Positions 9,012-16,024 are shown, numbered from the stretch's first letter. The stretch: 64,000 nucleotides of DNA from Saprospiraceae bacterium (GCA_027488855.1 JAIYAV010000217.1:9197-73196); one strand, 5' to 3'. The notes: a model not told the origin generated them from the sequence alone. Program-made: numbers and translations.

Positions 9012-9617
9012 ATGGAAGATAATAACGAATGGATTTCCGTTGGTGACTTAATGGCAGGGGCAGTAGCAGTTGTAGCTATGATGTTTGCCATTACTTTGTT
9101 GCAAAACAAATTTAGCAATTTGTCATTTGACCCAACTGAGAGGAAAGAGCTAACCACATTTTTAAAAGATTTTTCCACCGAAATACAAGGAAGCCCTGGT
9201 CTAAGTGTAAACATTGAGCAGTTTAAGCTACACTTAGATGGTGAAGGATTTAACTCAGGGAGGTCATGCCTTTTATGGGGTGTATCAAATGCTTTGGAAA
9301 ATCTAAATAATAAATTAAGCGAGTTTATGCTTAATCACCGAGGTATAATCATTATAATTGAAGGGCATTCAGACACAACACCTATAAACGACGAAGTTAA
9401 GGATGATTGTAGGTGTAAAAAGCCATGCAAAAGTAACATAGAACTTTCCCTTGCTCGTGCTTTAGTGGCAAGAGATATTATCACAAATAACTGGAATACG
9501 TCAATGAAAGAACGTGTTCTAGTTCACGGTTATGGCTTCCATCACTATGATAAGAGTAAGTCTATGTCTGAAAATCGACGGGTGGAAATTTCATTTAATT
9601 TTTCACGAGTAAAATAG
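9012..9617 (+). CDS. MotB/OmpA-like peptidoglycan-binding membrane protein (ZorB-like; island gene 4)
   Basis: An N-terminal Asp precedes a single TM helix ('WISVGDLMAGAVAVVAMMFAITLL'). The C-terminal OmpA_C-like motifs are 'IIIIIEGHSDTTP', 'NIELSLARALVARD' and 'NRRVEISF'. The gene starts 6 nt after the MotA-like gene. Confidence 0.75.
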   Translation: MEDNNEWISVGDLMAGAVAVVAMMFAITLLQNKFSNLSFDPTERKELTTFLKDFSTEIQGSPGLSVNIEQFKLHLDGEGFNSGRSCLLWGVSNALENLNNKLSEFMLNHRGIIIIIEGHSDTTPINDEVKDDCRCKKPCKSNIELSLARALVARDIITNNWNTSMKERVLVHGYGFHHYDKSKSMSENRRVEISFNFSRVK

Positions 9618-9880
9618 CAGAATGACAAGAGGCGAAAGTCTGCTTCACCATTTGAGTCCAGATTTTAGCTGCAAGATGGCAAACACGTTTCGTCATACGC
9701 TATAATGATTTCACATTTCTCTCTAATAACAAAGAGTAACAGCCAAAAATTAACTCTAATCACCTTACAAAAAGGTATTACTGAAAATAAGTACAGTATT
9801 TTTTTGTTACTTAATGCCAAATGGGTTAACTTTACCTATCTTAAATATTATTGTTACAACCTATATCAAATCACTGGTAA

Positions 9881-10966
9881 ATGATAAATTTTGCTTTCTC
9901 AAGGTTCAATAGGATAATAATCCATAGAGTACACCAAAAACAACGAGCTGATGACCACTCATTTGTAGAGCATGAAGATCAACTAGTCATCGCAGATTCA
10001 GAAGCCCAAGACATTATAAAACGTCGTGTAACCGATGCGTGTGGTCGGCAGTCCAGATCTTTTAAACTTCAAATCTCGCAAGTTGAAAATGGCTCTTTTT
10101 TTAGTTTAGCCAAAGATATATTTAGTTTAAATGATCAAGATTTTATAACTAGAAGTAAAGAGGTTGCATCACTTTTAGGTAGTGCTCAAAAAAGGGCTAA
10201 TATTCCAGGTGGTGTTCTGATTGTCATTGATGGTGTAACAGATGATAATCTGAATTTCATTTTAGTTGTAAAAGCGGAATTGCAGGAAGCCTTCAAGACA
10301 AGTTTAGATTCATCTACTAATCAACGGCAAATTGAGGTCTTGAAAGAGATTTTTCTTTCTCCCGCTGAAAAGTTCTTTAAAATTGGTTTGCTTAGGCAGG
10401 CAATAAACGAAAATGAAACCTACCCAAATAACGATTTTTCTTCCATGATTTATGATGACCAATTTAGACCAGGTGGAGAACCTGCCGAGTTTTTTTACAA
10501 AGATTTTTTAGGCTTTAGTATCGATAAAAATGAAAAAATACTTACGAAAAGCTTCTTTGAGGACACAAAGAATATTATCCTAAGCCATGCGGAATCCCCT
10601 GAAGTAAAAAGAGATTGTTTGTCTGCATTGCGAACACTTTATAAGCAGGACCAAACTGGAATAATTGATCCTATCGATTTCGGGGCCCGCTATCTGCCAG
10701 ATGGAATAAAGGGACAGTATTCGGCAAATGTTTTGAGCCATCCGAAATACAATCGACCATTTACCAAAGATTTAGCTCTTATGGGCCGAGAATTGACGAA
10801 ACGAATAATGTCATTTCGTAACAAAGTTAACGTGACAGCCCCTGAAGAGCTATTTGATGAAAATGTAACTGTAATAAGAACAATTGAGGAAGCTACTGAA
10901 GCATTGAGTGAGAATGAATTATTCACTTTACTCAAAATAAAAGGCATACCCTACGACAATGATTGA
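9881..10966 (+). CDS. NA37/YejK (NdpA)-like nucleoid-associated protein
   Basis: 'FSRFNRIIIHRVHQK' N-terminus, 'ANIPGGVLIVIDGV...NFILVVKAEL', 'KFFKIGLL' and 'FFYKDFLGFSI' match landmarks of the 37-kDa nucleoid-associated protein family. The ~360 aa size fits. Confidence 0.6.
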   Translation: MINFAFSRFNRIIIHRVHQKQRADDHSFVEHEDQLVIADSEAQDIIKRRVTDACGRQSRSFKLQISQVENGSFFSLAKDIFSLNDQDFITRSKEVASLLGSAQKRANIPGGVLIVIDGVTDDNLNFILVVKAELQEAFKTSLDSSTNQRQIEVLKEIFLSPAEKFFKIGLLRQAINENETYPNNDFSSMIYDDQFRPGGEPAEFFYKDFLGFSIDKNEKILTKSFFEDTKNIILSHAESPEVKRDCLSALRTLYKQDQTGIIDPIDFGARYLPDGIKGQYSANVLSHPKYNRPFTKDLALMGRELTKRIMSFRNKVNVTAPEELFDENVTVIRTIEEATEALSENELFTLLKIKGIPYDND

Positions 10967-11963
10967 TTTCCGGACTAAAGAGGAGGATCTCATTTCAGAG
11001 TATAGCGCTTTGAAGCCACTGCTTATTAGTTGGGGCGAGTTTGTCGATAAAACAATTCTCCAAATATTAAGCGATAATGGCTTTGATCTGTCAAGATTGC
11101 AAATATATCCTAAACATAGAATAAAAACTGATAATTCATTAATCAGACGAGCTTTTTATAGAGACATTGAAAGTTCATCTGATCCATTAAGAAAAATAGA
11201 AGACAAGTTAGGAACGAGATTAGTTGTTACAACTTTAGATGATGTAATGAAAATTCGTGAGATAATCACAGAACACGATGTTTTTTGGAAATCTAGAGAA
11301 AGTAGAGGGGTTGATAAGCACCTTTCCAAACCTAAGGAGTTTGATTACCAATCATTACATCTTAACTTAACTCCAAATAATTCAGTAATTGGTTTTGAAA
11401 AAAAACCTAAATCTGAACGAGAGCGTTATATTTGTGAATTACAAGTGAGAACTTTACTCCAACATGCTTTTGCTCAAGTCGCTCACGATACTATTTACAA
11501 AGGGGTTTTTGGCTCAGATAGCCAGTTAGTAAGAATTTTAAGTAGGGGAGCTGCATTAATGGAAGTCACTGATGAACATTTTTGTCAAGCTTATAAAATC
11601 ATGGAGAGAGAAAAAACTTATGAAAAAAACTATGTAAAACAACTCATCACATTATCAAAAGAAAGACTTGACTTTGAATTCCAAGCAAAGCAAGTTGATA
11701 CTGTGTTGACAGATGAATTATTTCAGATTTTTGATGCAAAAAACATTGATATCGCAGAGGTGGAGCGCACTATAATAACTAATAAAGATTTAATAATCAA
11801 CACCTTAAACAAAATAGACTCTTACATGAAAACGCAACCCGTTTTGCTTTTTGTTATTCATTTAATTTTTTCAAATGCGTACAAAATTAAAAACAGTTGG
11901 CACCTTGAAGAGGACATTTTGAAGGATCTTTTCTTTAAATTAGGCTTTTCATACCTGCGTTAA
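10959..11963 (+). CDS. Stand-alone RelA/SpoT-domain nucleotidyltransferase (small alarmone synthetase / toxSAS-like) with a ~120-aa C-terminal extension
   Basis: Synthetase motifs 'HRIKTDNSLIRR', 'KLGTRLVVTTLDDV', 'FDYQSLHLNL' and 'ELQVRTLLQHAFAQVAHDTIYK'. There is no HD, TGS or ACT domain. The ATG at 10959 overlaps the upstream TGA (10964-10966) by 8 nt. Confidence 0.85.
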   Translation: MIDFRTKEEDLISEYSALKPLLISWGEFVDKTILQILSDNGFDLSRLQIYPKHRIKTDNSLIRRAFYRDIESSSDPLRKIEDKLGTRLVVTTLDDVMKIREIITEHDVFWKSRESRGVDKHLSKPKEFDYQSLHLNLTPNNSVIGFEKKPKSERERYICELQVRTLLQHAFAQVAHDTIYKGVFGSDSQLVRILSRGAALMEVTDEHFCQAYKIMEREKTYEKNYVKQLITLSKERLDFEFQAKQVDTVLTDELFQIFDAKNIDIAEVERTIITNKDLIINTLNKIDSYMKTQPVLLFVIHLIFSNAYKIKNSWHLEEDILKDLFFKLGFSYLR

Positions 11964-12013
11964 CCGTTTAATCTCATTAAAAATTTGGCTACGCAGGCGA
12001 TGATCCATCAACA

Positions 12014-12625
12014 ATGGCAAGACTTACTTTTAATCTTGCCAAAATAAATCACCAAAACATGTCTCTGAATAACAATTGGAATCGAGATATTTTGGCTAAA
12101 GCTTGGCACTTTGCAACTATTAAACATAGTGGGCAAACCTATGGAGGGCGTATCCCTGATCAATACATAGAATACATAAATCATCTGAGCAGTGTTGCAA
12201 TGGAATCAATGTGGGTTTTAGCTAACTCAAATGATGACTATAATGCAGACCTTTTGCTCCAATGCGCTCTTTTGCATGATACTCTAGAAGATACACCAAC
12301 CGAATATCACGAATTATTAGTAACGTTTGGGCCAGATGTTGCTAATGGTGTACAGTCCTTGACAAAAAATAAAACGCTTATCAACGACCAAGACCAAATG
12401 CTCGACAGCCTTCAACGCATCCAAGCCCAACCCAAAGAAATCTGGATGGTCAAAATGGCCGACCGCATCACCAACCTGTACCACCCACCTTATTATTGGG
12501 ACAAAACCAAAATCGCCGCTTATCGCAGCGAAGGCCAGGTTATTTACGATCATCTGGCCCCAGCCGATGCGCTCATGGCCCAGCGTTTGGCCGATAAAAT
12601 TGAAGCCTACCAACAATTTTTGTAA
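12014..12625 (+). CDS. HD-domain (p)ppGpp-hydrolase-like protein (small alarmone hydrolase, SAH/Mesh1-like)
   Basis: 'AWHFATIKHSGQTYGG..P..YIEYINHL', 'ALLHDTLEDTPT', 'FGPDVANGVQSLTK' and 'KMADRITNL' match the SpoT/Mesh1 HD hydrolase fold at single-domain size. An alternative start lies at 12059. Confidence 0.8.
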   Translation: MARLTFNLAKINHQNMSLNNNWNRDILAKAWHFATIKHSGQTYGGRIPDQYIEYINHLSSVAMESMWVLANSNDDYNADLLLQCALLHDTLEDTPTEYHELLVTFGPDVANGVQSLTKNKTLINDQDQMLDSLQRIQAQPKEIWMVKMADRITNLYHPPYYWDKTKIAAYRSEGQVIYDHLAPADALMAQRLADKIEAYQQFL

Positions 12626-12735
12626 TTTTTTGAGTTTTTTTCATTTCTGCGGAACGCTTTTTCGAACCCAACACACATAGGTATGAATGCAGATTTATCC
12701 CACTGCATGATCCATTAACCTAAAAACCTGTTGAA

Positions 12736-13236
12736 ATGAAAAAGTTATTTTTCCTGCTTGTATTGGCCATCAGTGCCAGTTTTGTATCTGCCCAAACTCA
12801 ATTCTTCAGTCCCCTAAGCGCTGTTCCGGTAGGCCCCAACGGCCCTGCCTCCAACAAGGTAAAAGTAAGTGCCTATTGCTGCCCCAGTGCGGCCCTCGAA
12901 ATTTCAACCAATGTACCAGTTGGTGAAAATGACTTCCAATGGGTCAATATTCCACTGGATGGGCTGAATGCAGGTATGATCGGCAAACTGGTGGTTTGCT
13001 ATCAAATCCAGGGAGCAGGTGGTTCTTACATATCACAAGTCCGCTTGACTGAGATGATGGCGCCCAATGCTGCTGCAGTAAAAGTTGAGGATGGCACAGA
13101 TCTGAACTCCACCGTCCCTACCTGTTTTTCGATTAAAGCAGGCTACGCCGTGAATGGTACTACTACCTTAGCCCTTAAAGTTGTAATGCGCCCCGGTGAC
13201 AAAATCATCATTGGAGGCATCACTATTGCTAGATAA
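12736..13236 (+). CDS. Secreted hypothetical protein
   Basis: Signal peptide 'MKKLFFLLVLAISASFVSAQ'. The composition matches the host. I recognise no family. Confidence 0.6.
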   Translation: MKKLFFLLVLAISASFVSAQTQFFSPLSAVPVGPNGPASNKVKVSAYCCPSAALEISTNVPVGENDFQWVNIPLDGLNAGMIGKLVVCYQIQGAGGSYISQVRLTEMMAPNAAAVKVEDGTDLNSTVPTCFSIKAGYAVNGTTTLALKVVMRPGDKIIIGGITIAR

Positions 13237-13399
13237 TCCCAAACTTCTTATTCCCCATCCCATTTGCATATCCATGCACTGCGCAAGCATTTTGCTTACC
13301 CGCAGTGCATTTTTTTTGCACCTAGTGAAAAAGGAGCTGTTTTTTGTACTATTTTTCCATCTGAATTAATCCAACCTATAACTTACTTATATCTACCTG

Positions 13400-14836
13400 A
13401 TGAAACAGCTGCTCAGCTTTGGCTTCTGTCTACTTTTTGGCCAAATTTTATTGGCCCAACAACACGCGGAGCAAAACCACTCCAAATACGTGCCACCCAG
13501 CGACCCGCAGGTGCAACAAAAACTGCAACAATGGCAAACGGTAAAATTCGGCCTCCTGATGCACTGGGGCACCTACAGCCAATGGGGAGTTGTGGAAAGT
13601 TGGAGCCTCTGCCCCGAAGATGAAGGCTGGTGCGAACGCCGTGGGCCTTACGCCAACGATTGGTATGGCTACAAAAAAGCCTACGAAAACCTGCAATCCA
13701 CTTTTAATCCGACTGATTTTAACCCCGACAAATGGGCCACTGCCGCCAAAGCAGCGGGCATGAAATACCTGGTGTTCACCACCAAGCACCACGATGGTTT
13801 TTGTATGTTTGATACCAAGCAGACCGATTACAGCGTGATGAATAGCCCTTTTGGCAAAAGCCCTCGGGCCAACATTGCCAAGGAGGTCTTTAAGTCCTTC
13901 CGCGATCAGGATTTTATGATTGGGGCTTATTTTTCCAAACCAGATTGGCATACTCCGGATTATTGGTGGCCCTATTTCCCACCCAAGGATCGCAATTCAA
14001 GTTATCCTCCGAAGAAATATCCTGAAAAATGGGAGAAGTTCAAAACCTTCACCTACAACCAGATCGAAGAGCTGATGCGGGATTACGGGAAGATGGACAT
14101 CCTTTGGCTCGATGGTGGTTGGGTGCGCCCATTCAGTACGATCGACACTACGGTATCCTGGCAAAAAACCATTCCTTTTGATCAGGACATTGATATGCCC
14201 AAAATTGCGGCTATGGCGCGTACGCATCAGCCAGGTTTGTTGGTGGTCGACCGCACAGTGACCGGCCCGTATGAAAATTACGTAACGCCCGAGCAACAAA
14301 TCCCCAGTCAATACATGCCCATTCCCTGGGAAACTTGCCTGACCATGGGTGATTCATGGAGTTACATCCCCAAAGAAAATTTCAAGCCCGCCCGCAAATT
14401 GATTCACATCCTGGTTGATGTGGTCTCCAAAAATGGCAACCTTTTGCTCAACATTGCGCCCAGCCCGCAGGGTGATTTCCACCCCGAGGCTTACGATCGT
14501 TTGAAAGAAATTGGCAACTGGATGGGCGTCAATTCCGAAGCGATTTATGGAACGACTGGCGACAAAGACCTTGGCCCACAAGGCAAATTGGTTTTTACCC
14601 ATAAAGGCAAAACCGTTTATGCCATTTACCGAGCGGATGAAGGTGAAGCTTTGCCAACAAAAATTGACATTAAAAACCTGCCCCTGGGCAAAAAAGCCAC
14701 CGTCAATCTCTTGGGCCATAAGGATGCCTTGCGCTGGAGTACTGAAAATGGCACTACGAGTATTGTGGTTCCTGAAAAAACTGCTAAACTTGTGTCCAAC
14801 AGCTACGCCTACGTGTTTAAAATTACCGATTTTTAG
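13400..14836 (+). CDS. Alpha-L-fucosidase, glycoside hydrolase family 29
   Basis: A signal peptide is followed by 'KFGLLMHWGTYSQWG', 'YLVFTTKHHDGFCMFDT' and 'ILWLDGGW', which are typical GH29 motifs. Confidence 0.85.
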   Translation: MKQLLSFGFCLLFGQILLAQQHAEQNHSKYVPPSDPQVQQKLQQWQTVKFGLLMHWGTYSQWGVVESWSLCPEDEGWCERRGPYANDWYGYKKAYENLQSTFNPTDFNPDKWATAAKAAGMKYLVFTTKHHDGFCMFDTKQTDYSVMNSPFGKSPRANIAKEVFKSFRDQDFMIGAYFSKPDWHTPDYWWPYFPPKDRNSSYPPKKYPEKWEKFKTFTYNQIEELMRDYGKMDILWLDGGWVRPFSTIDTTVSWQKTIPFDQDIDMPKIAAMARTHQPGLLVVDRTVTGPYENYVTPEQQIPSQYMPIPWETCLTMGDSWSYIPKENFKPARKLIHILVDVVSKNGNLLLNIAPSPQGDFHPEAYDRLKEIGNWMGVNSEAIYGTTGDKDLGPQGKLVFTHKGKTVYAIYRADEGEALPTKIDIKNLPLGKKATVNLLGHKDALRWSTENGTTSIVVPEKTAKLVSNSYAYVFKITDF

Positions 14837-14867
14837 CTTGTTCCGAACCAAAAAACACTATTAACCG

Positions 14868-15914
14868 ATGCAAACTAGAAGAAATTTTTTGAGGTGGTCA
14901 GCACTGGGCCTACCTTTCGTCTCATTTAGCCAAACCCTGGCCAAAAGTAAAGTATCAGCCGCCACAAAGCCAATCGTCGTGTCGACCTGGGACAGCGGAC
15001 TGCCCGTCAATGCGGTAGCCTGGAAAGTTTTGCGCGAGCAAAACGGTCGCGCCCTTGATGCGGTAGAAGCTGGGGCACGCTCTATCGAAGACAGCATCAA
15101 TTGCTGCGTAGGCTTGGGCGGCAACCCCGACCGCGACGGGATCGTCACCCTCGATGCTTGCATCATGGATGAAAAAGCCAATTGTGGGTCAGTGGCTGGC
15201 TTGTCTTACATCAAACACCCCATTTCCGTAGCGCGTAAATTGATGGAAACCACTCCCCACGTGATGCTAGTGGGTGAAGGGGCACTGCACTTTGCCTTGG
15301 CCAATGGCTTTCCCAAGGAGTCGGGAAAATTGTCGAAAGATGCCGAAAAGGCCTACAAAGCCTGGCTAAAAAAATCGGAATACAAACCGGTCATCAACAT
15401 AGAACAGCAACAAATCAACGCCAAGAAGAACAAGGGAAATGGCCCATTTGCGCCCAACAGATTCGAAGATGGCAGCCCCAACCACGATACCATGGGCACC
15501 ATTGCCATGGACGCCGCTGGAAACCTTTCGGGTGCTTGTACCACCAGTGGGATGGCCTTCAAGCTCCATGGCCGGGTCGGTGACTCACCGATTATTGGTG
15601 CAGGTTTGTTTGTAGACAATGAAGTGGGTGCTGTAACTGGCTCAGGACAAGGGGAAGAGGTGATCCGCGTAGCGGGTGCAGCCCTGATCGTGGAAATGAT
15701 GCGAATGGGTAAATCACCCAAAGAGGCTTGTAAAATCGCGATTGAAAGAATTGTAAAAATCAACCCGGAAAAGGCTAAAACCTTCCAGGTTGGTTTCATC
15801 GCCATCAATAAAGCGGGTGAATACGGTGCTTATTCGATTCAACCTGGCTTCAGCTATTCGGTGACGATGGCTGAAGATGGAGGGAAGGTGTATATGGCGG
15901 AGAGTCAGCTATGA
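14868..15914 (+). CDS. N4-(beta-N-acetylglucosaminyl)-L-asparaginase (glycosylasparaginase, Ntn hydrolase)
   Basis: Twin-arginine-like leader 'MQTRRNFLRWSALG'. Autoprocessing/nucleophile region 'HDTMGTIAMD', then 'HGRVGDSPIIGAGLFVDN...GAVTGSGQGEE'. Confidence 0.85.
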   Translation: MQTRRNFLRWSALGLPFVSFSQTLAKSKVSAATKPIVVSTWDSGLPVNAVAWKVLREQNGRALDAVEAGARSIEDSINCCVGLGGNPDRDGIVTLDACIMDEKANCGSVAGLSYIKHPISVARKLMETTPHVMLVGEGALHFALANGFPKESGKLSKDAEKAYKAWLKKSEYKPVINIEQQQINAKKNKGNGPFAPNRFEDGSPNHDTMGTIAMDAAGNLSGACTTSGMAFKLHGRVGDSPIIGAGLFVDNEVGAVTGSGQGEEVIRVAGAALIVEMMRMGKSPKEACKIAIERIVKINPEKAKTFQVGFIAINKAGEYGAYSIQPGFSYSVTMAEDGGKVYMAESQL

Positions 15915-16024
15915 GCTATCAGCAGTCAGCAGTCAGCAGTCAGCGAAGTCATTACGTGGCTCATAGCTGATTGCTCATTGCTGATTGCTCATAGCTGATT
16001 GCTCATAGCTGATTGCTCATAGCT
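15911..16024. repeat. Low-complexity intergenic repeat block with partial self-complementarity: CAGCAGT x~3.7 (15920-15945) and GCTCATAGCTGATT x~4.7 (15959-16024)
   Basis: Read directly from the sequence. It fills the whole gap between two convergent stop codons (15912-15914 and 16024-16026). The left part pairs imperfectly with the right part, with several G-T pairs. Confidence 0.85.

Noticed and set aside
7614-9617. Could the MotA/MotB-like pair be a flagellar stator, or an ExbBD/TolQR energiser?
   Set aside because: No flagellar, TonB, TolA or Pal genes are nearby. The MotA-like protein has a ~310-aa tail that is absent from stators and ExbB/TolQ. The partner has an OmpA-type domain, unlike ExbD/TolR. 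The genes also lie in an AT-rich island beside a toxSAS-like module. A Zorya-like role fits better, although it is unproven.
5262-12400. Is the island a prophage, an integrative element or a transposon?
   Set aside because: I could recognise no integrase, transposase, phage structural genes, terminal inverted repeats or direct repeats. Only the compositional deviation and the cargo type are evident.
12650-12685. The 'ttcgaaccc' string just after the island might be a tRNA 3' fragment (T-loop-like GGTTCGAA on the minus strand) marking an att site
   Set aside because: The flanking bases do not form a T-arm or acceptor stem, and no matching repeat occurs at the left island edge. I treat it as a chance match.
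13264-13623. 119-aa ORF overlapping the start of the GH29 gene
   Set aside because: It is out of frame with the GH29 gene and overlaps its signal-peptide region. It has no motifs. The GH29 start at 13400 gives a clean signal peptide.
15911-16024. Possible CRISPR array, because of regularly repeated short units
   Set aside because: The units are only 7 and 14 nt long and are directly tandem with no unique spacers. No cas genes are present in the window.
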